Below are positions 55,729-64,000 of a stretch of DNA of 64,000 nucleotides, one piece after another; position 1 is the first letter of the stretch, and each line of letters starts with the position of its first letter. The notes under the pieces were generated by a model, which was given only the letters and a program-made list of their open reading frames with translations, was not told the origin of the DNA and ran no database searches. Location of the stretch: positions 27,385 through 91,384 of the forward strand of contig CAZBTX010000004.1 in the NCBI GenBank assembly GCA_964494945.1. The letters run 5' to 3'. The translations under genes were made by a program, and so were the position numbers. This DNA comes from an uncultured Candidatus Saccharibacteria bacterium. Lineage in GTDB: Bacteria; Patescibacteriota; Minisyncoccia; Sungbacterales; JACQCQ01.

Positions 55729-56628
55729 ATGTTTCTGATTAAACATCGCAAACTCACCTATATCATCTCCGGGACGCTGGTTTTGCTTTCAATTTTATTT
55801 GTGTCTTGGTGGGGCTTAAAACTGGGTATTGATTTTACCGGCGGGTCGTTCATGGAGGTTGAATATCAAAATACCCGGCCGCCTATGGACGAAGTTAAGA
55901 TGAATATTGAAAATGCCGGAATCCCGCACGCCGCCGTGCAACCAACGGGGGAGCGCGGATTTTTCATACGCACCGGGCACCTTACCGAAGACCAACATCA
56001 GGTACTTTTAAATGCCATGCGCGGCGATGATAAAAATGAAGTATTGGAAAAACGCTTTGACGCCATCGGCCCCACCATAGGCCAGGAGCTTAAAAGAAAG
56101 TCCGTTTGGGCGATAGGGCTTGTTATACTTTTGATCGTGCTTTACATTGCCTGGGCTTTTCGCAAGGTTTCGGAGCCGGTGGCTTCCTGGAAATACGGAG
56201 TGGCGACAATCATCGCGCTGGTGCATGACGTAATGATACCTGTCGGTATTTTTTCCATACTGGGACATTTTTACGGAGTGGAAGTGGATACTCTTTTTGT
56301 GACGGCCCTGCTTACGATTCTTGGATTTTCCGTGCATGACACCATCGTGGTTTTTGATCGTATTCGCGAGAATTTGAAGAATAGCCGCTCAAAGTCCGAT
56401 TTTGAAATGATAGTGGGTAGTAGCATTTCGCAAACTATCGTGCGTTCCGTAAATACTTCGTTTACGGTGCTTTTGGTGATGCTCGCGATTTACTTTTTTG
56501 GGGGGTCTTCCATCAGTATTTTCGCCTTAACCCTGATTATCGGCATATTTTTTGGGACTTATTCTTCAATTTGTCTTGCATCGCCCATTTTAGTGACCTG
56601 GCAGAAGTGGTCGGGAAAACGAGCATAA
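55729..56628 (+). CDS. secF: Protein translocase subunit SecF
   Basis: GIDFTGG, HDV, GFSVHDTIVVFDRIRE, GTYSSI. Confidence 0.96.
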   Translation: MFLIKHRKLTYIISGTLVLLSILFVSWWGLKLGIDFTGGSFMEVEYQNTRPPMDEVKMNIENAGIPHAAVQPTGERGFFIRTGHLTEDQHQVLLNAMRGDDKNEVLEKRFDAIGPTIGQELKRKSVWAIGLVILLIVLYIAWAFRKVSEPVASWKYGVATIIALVHDVMIPVGIFSILGHFYGVEVDTLFVTALLTILGFSVHDTIVVFDRIRENLKNSRSKSDFEMIVGSSISQTIVRSVNTSFTVLLVMLAIYFFGGSSISIFALTLIIGIFFGTYSSICLASPILVTWQKWSGKRA

Positions 56629-56659
56629 GAAAAACCCCGCCTTGCGGGGTTTTTCTTAT
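56625..56659. terminator. Bidirectional intrinsic terminator
   Basis: ataagaaaaaccccgc-ctt-gcggggtttttcttat. Confidence 0.85.
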
Positions 56660-56699
56660 CTTTTCAATTCTGAATAGTGTCAGCGCTGAAAAGAGTGGG

Positions 56700-56733
56700 G
56701 GAGCGCGCCCCGATGGTCATCGGGGCGCGCTCC
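56700..56733. repeat. GC-rich palindrome sharing a 22-bp core with 33408-33435
   Basis: ggagcgcgccccgatg-gt-catcggggcgcgctcc. Confidence 0.85.
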
Positions 56734-56748
56734 TTTTCGAGCTACTAC

Positions 56749-56988
56749 TTATCCGTAAACAAGAAGACGCTTCGTGCCGTCCTTTTCCACGACGACCGCA
56801 CGAGAGAGCGGACCGGTACTGTCACTTTCCGTGGTTCGCCATTCGCGGACGACGAAGCCCTGCGCCTTGAGTGCCGGGGTCGCGGCCTTCTCTTCCCAGT
56901 CCAGATACCGCCCTCGAGAACCACAGTAGTTCGTCATCGAGACCGGTCCGAGCACTGTCAGTAGGTCTTCTGGCACCATGCCGTACAT
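56749..56988 (-). CDS. Orphan 79-aa protein (cassette C)
   Basis: GGGAGG SD before ATG 56988; GC-rich. Confidence 0.6.
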   Translation of the reverse strand: MYGMVPEDLLTVLGPVSMTNYCGSRGRYLDWEEKAATPALKAQGFVVREWRTTESDSTGPLSRAVVVEKDGTKRLLVYG

Positions 56989-57057
56989 AAGCCCTCCCTC
57001 GGTGTGAGTTATTGCAAGTGAACCTGTTCTCTGAAAGAACCTAAGCACAAATCATTG

Positions 57058-57137
57058 CGCTCTTCTGAATCTCAAAAAATTTTCTGAAACTCGGAAGAAC
57101 GGAGCGGCGGGACGAAGACTTCTCGCCCGCGCCGCTC
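57058..57137. repeat. 80-bp double-hairpin direct repeat, copy 1
   Basis: Identical to 58151-58230. Confidence 0.95.
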
Positions 57138-57149
57138 TTCGAAACTTAC

Positions 57150-57557
57150 TTATTGCCGAAGAACTTCTGCGAAGAACTTGGCTCCGGCAGTGCCGATCTC
57201 CGCAGATACAAACTGGTATCCCGGCTCCACGCGGAACGCGAAGCGTGGTACTTCAGGGAGGTGATCTGCGCATACGGTTGCCGAAACCGGACTCCACCCG
57301 GCCGATGACCCGCCATGCAACCCTCGACCTTTCAGGAATCGGCAGTAGATCGCGGATTCCTTGGGCCAGCGTGCGGGACGGATTATAACATCAAGATCAT
57401 CGTCCGCACCGAGTCTCCCAACGAACTCATAGTCGAAGCCACTCGCTACATCCCATCCCCTCACCCGAAGGGCAAAGAGAATGTTCAGTCGCGCGAGAAG
57501 CTCAGCAACGGCGAAGTCGAGAGCTCCGAGCTTCCGCTCTGTGGCCTTCTGGCGCAT
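57150..57557 (-). CDS. Orphan 135-aa protein (cassette B, gene 2)
   Basis: Starts 6 bp after the upstream stop and ends 12 bp before the repeat. Confidence 0.6.
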   Translation of the reverse strand: MRQKATERKLGALDFAVAELLARLNILFALRVRGWDVASGFDYEFVGRLGADDDLDVIIRPARWPKESAIYCRFLKGRGLHGGSSAGWSPVSATVCADHLPEVPRFAFRVEPGYQFVSAEIGTAGAKFFAEVLRQ

Positions 57558-57563
57558 GGCGGG

Positions 57564-58067
57564 CTACTTCCACCACTTCGCACTGCGCGTGAGGCAGATG
57601 TCGTACCGCTGATGCTCTGCGCACCGGCCCTTCTCGGTGAGCCACTTCAGCAGCTTGAACGCCAAGTCCCATCGCTTCTCGGGTGCGTCCTTGAAGAGGT
57701 CGCGCGACGCGTCGATGATACCCGGCCAGCGAAGAGCGAGCGACAGCTCGTGGATCCACTGGTACTTCGGTCCGTGGTGATACCCCGCGGTGTTCAGAGT
57801 ACATGGGATCCCGCGCTCCCAGCAGATCATCATGACACTGACACCGATCGGCTCGGGCGTGGTGTACGTGTCGCCCTGATACTTGCTGTACGGAGCGAAC
57901 GGGAAGTAGATGTCGGAGATTACGCCATCGACCATGCCAGGCATGAGATGCTCGATTGCCCCGTGCATGGTACTGACGTAGACCACTTCGATCCCTTCCT
58001 GTGACGCGAAAAACTGCTTTGCGTCGGCCACGTGCTTGGCATCATCCTCGATCACAAGGATCTTCAT
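57564..58067 (-). CDS. Stand-alone receiver (REC)-like domain protein (cassette B, gene 1)
   Basis: MKILVIEDD, VISDIYFP; GGAGG SD. Confidence 0.7.
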   Translation of the reverse strand: MKILVIEDDAKHVADAKQFFASQEGIEVVYVSTMHGAIEHLMPGMVDGVISDIYFPFAPYSKYQGDTYTTPEPIGVSVMMICWERGIPCTLNTAGYHHGPKYQWIHELSLALRWPGIIDASRDLFKDAPEKRWDLAFKLLKWLTEKGRCAEHQRYDICLTRSAKWWK

Positions 58068-58150
58068 TTCCGAACCTCCTGAGGCATCGCGCCTCAGTAA
58101 GCGTTAAGGAACGCCTGCCGCCCTCACGGCAGCATAGAGCAGGCCAATCC

Positions 58151-58230
58151 CGCTCTTCTGAATCTCAAAAAATTTTCTGAAACTCGGAAGAACGGAGCGG
58201 CGGGACGAAGACTTCTCGCCCGCGCCGCTC
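58151..58230. repeat. 80-bp double-hairpin direct repeat, copy 2
   Basis: Identical to 57058-57137. Confidence 0.95.
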
Positions 58231-58237
58231 GCTTTGC

Positions 58238-58705
58238 TCATACGCCGAGGCTTTCGCTCTGAAGGAGAACCACAACTGCCTTGCCGTCTTCGATGGCGAA
58301 GCGGATGCGGTCACCCGGCCCCGTCCACTTGCGGATCTTCCGGCCATCCTCCGTCTGTACGTCCTCCGGCAGGTACCAGGCGCGCCCCTCGGTGTCTTCC
58401 ACGATGATTCCATAGGGAAGCGCATAGGAGCCGCCGTCCATGAGTCGCCTCGCGACAGTGAACTCCGTGCCGACATGCTCGGCGCGGATTCCTCGGCTGA
58501 TGCCGTTCACGGCCCGAGCCTTGATGGTGCTCACTTCAGCCCAGTACGGCCCCCACTTCTCTCGCCACTCGGCGATGGCACGATGGCCTTCGGCGACACG
58601 CGCCTCCGCTTCCTGTCGCTTGCGCTCTCTCGTCTCTCGCCGCTTCGTGGGGGAGAGGAGCCAGTGAAGGCCGTCCGCGATGAGCATGAACATATCTTGG
58701 ATCAT
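58238..58705 (-). CDS. Orphan 155-aa protein (cassette A)
   Basis: GGAGG SD before ATG 58705; TTGACA at 58786-58781 upstream; ends 7 bp before the repeat. Confidence 0.65.
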   Translation of the reverse strand: MIQDMFMLIADGLHWLLSPTKRRETRERKRQEAEARVAEGHRAIAEWREKWGPYWAEVSTIKARAVNGISRGIRAEHVGTEFTVARRLMDGGSYALPYGIIVEDTEGRAWYLPEDVQTEDGRKIRKWTGPGDRIRFAIEDGKAVVVLLQSESLGV

Positions 58706-58965
58706 TGCGCACCTCCATGTTTTTTGGGTGAATATCACCCTGCAGGCTTGTGAAATAACACAAGCACCAAATAGAACTTCTGTCAAGTTTTTGGGCAGGG
58801 GGTAATCTAGGTCTGTTAGCGCATATCATAGATAACTTCTAGGCCTTGAAGTCATTAAGCTGCCCTCCAAAATCCCCTTATTGACAAGATTGTCAAACCG
58901 GTGCTACTCTATACGCGCACTGATTTTCGGCCTATTTTTAGCCAAAACACACAGTAGCGCGAAAA

Positions 58966-60015
58966 ATGCTGCAACCCATTAAAACATCAATCAAACCGCG
59001 CGAAGTTTCCCAAAAATTGCTCGCCAACGTGGAGAATAAACGCGTGCGCGAAGTACTGGAAAAACGCTTCGGTTTGAAAAACAGCGCCAAAAAGACGCTG
59101 GATGCCATCGGAAAAGAATACGGAATTACAAGAGAACGCGTTCGCCAAATTGAAGCGGACGGTCTTCGCGTGCTGGCTTCTCCGGCAATATATGGCACGG
59201 CCGATTTGGTTTTCAAAGCGTTAAAAGAACATTTGGACGAGCACGGAGGTGTCGCCGCTGAAGACCATTTGCTGGGTAGCATAGCCGATGAAAAAGACCA
59301 TCCTCATGTTTCATTTTTGCTGACAGTCGGCAAACCCTTCCAAAAAAAGCAGGAAACCGATGGTTTGCGTTCTGCGTGGTTTACCAATAAGAACGCGCAT
59401 GATGCCGTGGGGAAAATCTTGGACGGAGTTCATCGCGAGCTGGACTCAAAGAAAAATCCCGTAGCCAAGGAAGTACTTTTGGATATGATAGCAACTCACG
59501 CGGAAAAAATTCTGGGCGCGCGTCCCAGGGAGCACGTGGCCCGCAATTTTCTGGGTCTCGCCAATCAAATTGGGGAAAATCCCTACCGCGAATACGGGCT
59601 GGTTTCCTGGTCAACCATTCGCCCCAAGGGCGTTCGCGACAAGGCCTACTTGGTTCTGCAAAAAGCCGGAAAGCCTATGCACTTTAGGGAAGTGGCGAGT
59701 GCCATCAACGGCATGAATTGGATGAAAAAAGCCGCGCATCCGCAAACGGTGCATAACGAGCTTATCAAAGCTGGAGACCGCTTTGTGCTGGTGGGTCGCG
59801 GACTTTACGCGCTTCGCGAATGGGGTTATACGCCGGGGACAGTCGCGGATGTCATGAAAGGAGTTCTTACAAGTGCCGCCAAACCCATGGCTAAAGATGA
59901 ACTGGTACAGAAAGTCATGGAGAAGCGATTTGTCAAAGAGAATACCATTCTTTTGAACCTGCAAAATAAGTCCCTTTTCAAAAAGGGGGCTGACGGTAAG
60001 TATTTTTTGGCGTGA
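58966..60015 (+). CDS. Sigma70 region-4 HTH plus HARE-HTH (RNAP delta-like) domain protein
   Basis: RFGL...TLDAIGKEYGITRERVRQIE; GKPMHFREVA, TVHNELI, FVLVGRGLYAL. Confidence 0.8.
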   Translation: MLQPIKTSIKPREVSQKLLANVENKRVREVLEKRFGLKNSAKKTLDAIGKEYGITRERVRQIEADGLRVLASPAIYGTADLVFKALKEHLDEHGGVAAEDHLLGSIADEKDHPHVSFLLTVGKPFQKKQETDGLRSAWFTNKNAHDAVGKILDGVHRELDSKKNPVAKEVLLDMIATHAEKILGARPREHVARNFLGLANQIGENPYREYGLVSWSTIRPKGVRDKAYLVLQKAGKPMHFREVASAINGMNWMKKAAHPQTVHNELIKAGDRFVLVGRGLYALREWGYTPGTVADVMKGVLTSAAKPMAKDELVQKVMEKRFVKENTILLNLQNKSLFKKGADGKYFLA

Positions 60016-60016
60016 A

Positions 60017-60128
60017 ATAGCGCATAGCGTGTAGGGGATAGCGTATGGCGTATAGCGTCCAGATAAATTGGGTGGCCGCGAACATGTTGCCGTCCTCTGT
60101 ACGCTATCCGCTATTCGCTATACGCTAT
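60017..60128. repeat. Inverted heptamer arrays (ATAGCGT x6 ... ACGCTAT x4)
   Basis: Direct reading; 42-bp core between the arms. Confidence 0.9.
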
Positions 60129-60153
60129 TATAAGAAGGAAGACCTTCTATTGT

Positions 60154-61596
60154 ATGGATTTTTTAATTGAAAGTTTCGGAACTATTCTACAGCTGGCCAT
60201 AGAGCTTTGGTGGATTATTTTGCCGTTGATCGTAGTGCCGCTGGCGGCACACACTTGGAAATATTATTTAGTTTCAAAAAAATTAAAAGAGACGGAGTGG
60301 TTGCTTTTAGAAATTCAAATCCCGCGGGAAATAATGAAATCCCCCGAGGCCATGGAGCGGGTGTTTGCCGGACTCCACGGCCCCTACGACCCGCCGCAAT
60401 ATTTTAAAGATAATTATTTGAAGATCAAAGTCCGCCTTTGGTACAATTTTGAGATTGTGGGGCAGGGCGGCGATATGCGTTTTTTCATGCGTCTGCCCAA
60501 GGGCTGGCGCAAAGCGGCGGAAGCGCAAATGCACGCCCAGTATCCCGGCGTCACCATCCGCGAGGCCGAGGACTACGCCAAATCCCTTCCCGAAAATATG
60601 CCCAATGATGACTATGATCTTTGGGGAATGGAGATGCAGTTCGCCAAAGACAATCCTTATCCCATTTTAACTTACAAGGACTTCACGACGCTTACCGAGG
60701 CGAAATTGGAGGAAGTGAAGGTTGACCCCTTGTCGGCTTTTGCCGAGGCGTTGGCCAAACTGCGCCCCGGCGAGCAAATTTGGTTCCAGATCATGGCGCG
60801 TCCCTGCGGTTTACCCGGTAAGGGGCCCAATGATGATTGGCAGAAAAAGGGCGAGGAGCTGGTAAATAAACTGGCAGGGCGGGAAAAACCCAAAGCCAAA
60901 CCCTGGTGGCATTGGCTCGCTGATCTCTTTGCGGCCCTTGTGGAAGAAATCCCGGAGCACCTATCGGAGCTCGCCAAACCCGGCACTTCTTCGCCGGAGC
61001 AGGGACTGGGACGACTGAACGTGGCAGCTAAAAAGGACGAAACAAAAAAGGACCCGTCAAAGCTGATGCATATCACGCAAGGCGAGAAAGACGTGATTTC
61101 CGCCATTGAGAGCAAGATTTCCAAGATGGGATTTGAATGCGTGGTGCGCCTGATTTATGTGGCGCGAAGGGACGTCATGGACCTGGGCGCCATCGGCTCG
61201 CTTTTTGGCATTATCAAACAATTCAATACCCAGCATTTGAACGCTTTTCGCCCCAACGGCGCGGCGTTAACCAGGCCCCAGGATTATCTTTGGGGATTTT
61301 TCCAGTCAAAACGATATCTGACGCGTATAAAACGCGGGCTTCTGCGCGCCTATAGAGCGAGAAACCTTTTTTACGATTCAAAAGATTTCTTGCCCGGGCA
61401 AACTTTTCCGGAGACCGCGAGTGTTATTGAACGTATTTTCCCGAACAGTATGACGATGTTGCGTTCCAAACCCGTCGTTTTAAATATTGAAGAAATGGCG
61501 ACTTTGTTCCATTTCCCGGGTGCTACCGTGTCTTCGCCCACTATGCCGAAAATTGAGGCCAAGCAGGCCGAGCCGCCGGTAAACTTACCCCTCTGA
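60154..61596 (+). CDS. Conserved-looking membrane-anchored protein preceding a TrwB-like ATPase
   Basis: N-terminal TM; LLEIQIP, QYPG, DPLS, LNIEEMATLFHFP. Confidence 0.75.
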   Translation: MDFLIESFGTILQLAIELWWIILPLIVVPLAAHTWKYYLVSKKLKETEWLLLEIQIPREIMKSPEAMERVFAGLHGPYDPPQYFKDNYLKIKVRLWYNFEIVGQGGDMRFFMRLPKGWRKAAEAQMHAQYPGVTIREAEDYAKSLPENMPNDDYDLWGMEMQFAKDNPYPILTYKDFTTLTEAKLEEVKVDPLSAFAEALAKLRPGEQIWFQIMARPCGLPGKGPNDDWQKKGEELVNKLAGREKPKAKPWWHWLADLFAALVEEIPEHLSELAKPGTSSPEQGLGRLNVAAKKDETKKDPSKLMHITQGEKDVISAIESKISKMGFECVVRLIYVARRDVMDLGAIGSLFGIIKQFNTQHLNAFRPNGAALTRPQDYLWGFFQSKRYLTRIKRGLLRAYRARNLFYDSKDFLPGQTFPETASVIERIFPNSMTMLRSKPVVLNIEEMATLFHFPGATVSSPTMPKIEAKQAEPPVNLPL

Positions 61597-61601
61597 TATG
61601 A

Positions 61602-61679
61602 ATAAAAAACAAGAAGCAAAAAACAAAACACATAAAACGGATTCTTGTTTCTTGTTTCTTGTTTCTTATTTTAACTTTC
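61602..61679. repeat. Inverted heptamer arrays (AAACAAG ... CTTGTTT) between two ATGA
   Basis: cttgttt x3 + cttattt opposite aaacaag/aagcaaa/aaacaaa. Confidence 0.8.
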
Positions 61680-63614
61680 ATGATTGACGACATCACCTAT
61701 TTCGCTGAAACCAATTACCGGGGCGATAAAAAACGCTTCGGCATTAAGCACGCGGACCGCCGCCGCCACATGTACATCATCGGTAAAACCGGCACCGGCA
61801 AAACCACGCTCTTGGATAATATGACGGTACAAGACATCCAGCGTGGGAACGGGGTGGCCGTGATTGACCCGCACGGCGAATATGCCGAGCGCATGCTCTC
61901 ATTCGTGCCCAAGGAGCGCATTCAGGATGTGGTCTATTTCAATCCGGCGGACCTGGAATATCCCTTTGGATTCAATATGCTGGAGCAGACCAAAATTGAA
62001 CTGCGTCACTTTGTGGCCTCGGGTCTTATGAGCGTTTTCAAAAAACTCTGGATAGACGCTTGGTCGGCCAGAATGGAATATTTTCTTTCTAATTCCATCC
62101 TTTCGCATCTGGAAGTTGAAGGGTCAACTCTCATGGGCGTGCACCGGATGTTCGGCGATAAGGCCTATAGAAAAACCATCGTATCTCAATTACGGGACCC
62201 GGTGATCAAGGCCTTCTGGGAGAATGAATTTGACAAACTGCCGGAGCAGTTCATGCGCGAGGCCATTGCTGCCATTCAAAATAAAGTCGGCCAGTTCATT
62301 GCCAATCCCTTAATTAGAAATATCACAGGTCAGCCGCATTCCACTTTCAATTTGCGCGATATCATGGATAAGAAAAAGATCCTGATCGTCAACCTCGCTA
62401 AAGGCAAGATAGGCGAGGAGAACTCCAAGCTTTTGGGAGCTATGCTGGTGACGCGAATTTATTTGGCGGCCATGTCCAGAGTGGATCTGCCCGAAGATGA
62501 GCGTGAAGATTTTTACGTCTATGTGGACGAGTTCCAAAATTTTGCCACGGAGGCCTTTGCTTCTATTCTTTCCGAGGCGCGCAAGTACCGCCTGAATCTT
62601 ACGCTGGCTAATCAATACATGGCGCAATTAGTGGACGACAAAACAAAGTCAGCGGTCCTGCGAGACGCCATTATCGGGAATGTGGGTACCATGATAAGTT
62701 TTCGCATTGGCGGGGAAGACGCAGAGGTGCTGGAGAAGGAGTTCATGCCGGAGTTCCTGATCCAGGATTTCGTTTCGCTGGGATTCGCCAATATTTATTT
62801 GAAACTCATGATTGATAACGTGGCCTCGCGCCCCTTTTCCGCCGTAACGCTCCCGCCCATTCCCGCGCCGCACGAAAATTACGCTAAAGAAATTATTGAG
62901 CACTCGCGGCTTACCTACGGCAAGCCCGTAGTCGAAGTGGACACGGCTATTCGCGTCTGGGGCGGATTTGTTCTCAGAACTTCTCCGGCGTCCCCCGGCG
63001 CGGAAGCTGCCGGAGTAAGTCAAGCGCCTGCCCGAGAACCGGAAAGAAAAAGAAGTGAAACGGAAAAGCCGCCAAGAAAAAAAGAAGAAAAAGGACAATA
63101 TCCGGCGGTTTGTGCCGTGGATGGAAAGCCGATAATGTTGCCATTCAAACCAGATAATCGCAGGCCTGTTTATTGCCAGGAGCATTTGAGCCAGATCCAG
63201 CGCATGCCTGCGCATGCAGGCGGCGGCCAAACCAACGCACCCAAACCAATACCGAGAGAAAACAGAAATTCCATGCCGCAAGCTGCTTCGTTTCCATCTC
63301 AATCCGCCCCGGCTATTCGCGCCGACCCCAACGCCAGACACATTTCACTTAATGACCTTAAGCCAAGAAATGAGGCATCACCTAATCGAAATCAAACGCC
63401 AAGAGAAAACAATACTGGGACAAGTCATGATTGGTCGCCTAGCCGTCGTTCGGAAGCCCCCAAAAAGTCAGTTGACCTTGGCGAACTCCGCAAAGTTTTG
63501 CAGGAGTCTCTACAAAAGCCCGTTGCCGAACCCCCCGAAGCAGAATCGGTTCCAAAATCTTCGGATGTACCACAAGCCGGCGCTCTAAAACCCGGAGAAA
63601 CAGTCAATTTTTAG
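61680..63614 (+). CDS. TrwB/TraD/HerA-like ATPase with a degenerate CxxC-x17-CxxC domain and disordered tail
   Basis: GKTGTGKT, IDPHGE, VDEFQNF, SEARKY; CAVD...PFKP...VYCQEH. Confidence 0.85.
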   Translation: MIDDITYFAETNYRGDKKRFGIKHADRRRHMYIIGKTGTGKTTLLDNMTVQDIQRGNGVAVIDPHGEYAERMLSFVPKERIQDVVYFNPADLEYPFGFNMLEQTKIELRHFVASGLMSVFKKLWIDAWSARMEYFLSNSILSHLEVEGSTLMGVHRMFGDKAYRKTIVSQLRDPVIKAFWENEFDKLPEQFMREAIAAIQNKVGQFIANPLIRNITGQPHSTFNLRDIMDKKKILIVNLAKGKIGEENSKLLGAMLVTRIYLAAMSRVDLPEDEREDFYVYVDEFQNFATEAFASILSEARKYRLNLTLANQYMAQLVDDKTKSAVLRDAIIGNVGTMISFRIGGEDAEVLEKEFMPEFLIQDFVSLGFANIYLKLMIDNVASRPFSAVTLPPIPAPHENYAKEIIEHSRLTYGKPVVEVDTAIRVWGGFVLRTSPASPGAEAAGVSQAPAREPERKRSETEKPPRKKEEKGQYPAVCAVDGKPIMLPFKPDNRRPVYCQEHLSQIQRMPAHAGGGQTNAPKPIPRENRNSMPQAASFPSQSAPAIRADPNARHISLNDLKPRNEASPNRNQTPRENNTGTSHDWSPSRRSEAPKKSVDLGELRKVLQESLQKPVAEPPEAESVPKSSDVPQAGALKPGETVNF

Positions 63615-63629
63615 CTTTATACAGCCGAG

Positions 63630-63658
63630 TTGACATTTTATCAGTTATGTGATAGTGT
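63630..63658 (+). promoter_or_regulatory. Sigma70-type promoter
   Basis: TTGACA-17-TAGTGT with extended -10 TG. Confidence 0.6.
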
Positions 63659-63724
63659 TTTTACATTGTTCTTTGTGTGCCTGAATTGTGGAAGTGAAAA
63701 TAGTTCGTTGAGGAGGTATGAAAG

Positions 63725-63862
63725 ATGTTCGACTGCATCCTTAGAGTATTCATCTGGGTTGCGCTGATTTACTTCGTGTCCCTAGAAGTTGTCGGTGTTG
63801 CTGGTTTGTGCGGCATCGGGCCGTGGGCGACGAAGAAGGACAGTGAAGGAGACATCTACTAA
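63725..63862 (+). CDS. 45-aa membrane microprotein
   Basis: AGGAGG SD; MFDCILRVFIWVALIYFVSLEVVGVAGLCGIGPWATKKDSEGDIY; hairpin 63867-63884 after the stop. Confidence 0.6.
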   Translation: MFDCILRVFIWVALIYFVSLEVVGVAGLCGIGPWATKKDSEGDIY

Positions 63863-64000
63863 CCCTGGGGAGGCCGTCCTCCCCTCCACAATTCAGGTAC
63901 ACACTAAAAATTCAGCGAAGCGGTTAGGTCATAAGGAACGACAGACAAGCATCCAGACATTACCAGAATTGGAATTTGACGCTTAATGCCTTAGAGAATT

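Noticed and set aside
57315-58004. 229-aa plus-strand ORF
   Set aside because: Shadow of GC-rich minus-strand genes that have SDs and a REC motif.
57058-58230. Classical integron attC sites or CRISPR repeats
   Set aside because: No RYYYAAC/GTTRRRY ends and no intI in the window; the 1-kb spacing contains genes.
57051-58710. ATCATTGCGC at 57051 and 58701 as a 10-bp target-site duplication
   Set aside because: The reconstructed empty site gives only a 4-codon ORF; it cannot be distinguished from chance.
63200-63221. GCCTGC-GCAT-GCAGGC micro-palindrome as an insertion
   Set aside because: 6-bp arms, single copy, in a disordered region; too weak.
1-64000. Alternative genetic code (TGA=Gly)
   Set aside because: Long conserved genes are intact under code 11, and several end at TGA with ATGA overlaps.

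Overview
Bacterial chromosome segment using genetic code 11. The gene repertoire, leaderless-type starts and sigma-r4/HARE-HTH, DUF5674-like and TrwB-like genes suggest Patescibacteria/Parcubacteria (inference). Positions 1-39.5 kb form a large surface-glycan locus: GT2/GT4/GT-C transferases, a Wzx-like flippase, a priming sugar transferase, an O-antigen-ligase-TPR protein, NeuA, NeuB-cupin, three AsnB-family proteins, a carbamoyltransferase, a TupA-type ATP-grasp protein, a deacetylase and methyltransferases. Positions 39.5-64 kb hold housekeeping genes (hpf/raiA, speD, secA, pepN, CYTH, cyclophilin, secD, secF) with small accessory islets. The most unusual signals lie outside the ORF track. 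(i) A minus-strand array of GC-rich orphan genes at 56.7-58.8 kb is punctuated by two identical 80-bp double-hairpin repeats; it is cassette-like but not attC. (ii) A promoter/structured-leader unit at 45.66-46.02 kb carries two tandem SD-led micro-ORFs, MHGHGGK and MHGWGK. (iii) Several families of short palindromic insertions land in-frame in genes or exactly at start/stop codons, with target duplications. (iv) Both secA and neuA have replaced 3' ends, with the displaced tails still visible downstream. No rRNA, tRNA, CRISPR array, transposase or integrase was recognised. All product calls come from motif recognition by eye, not from database searches.
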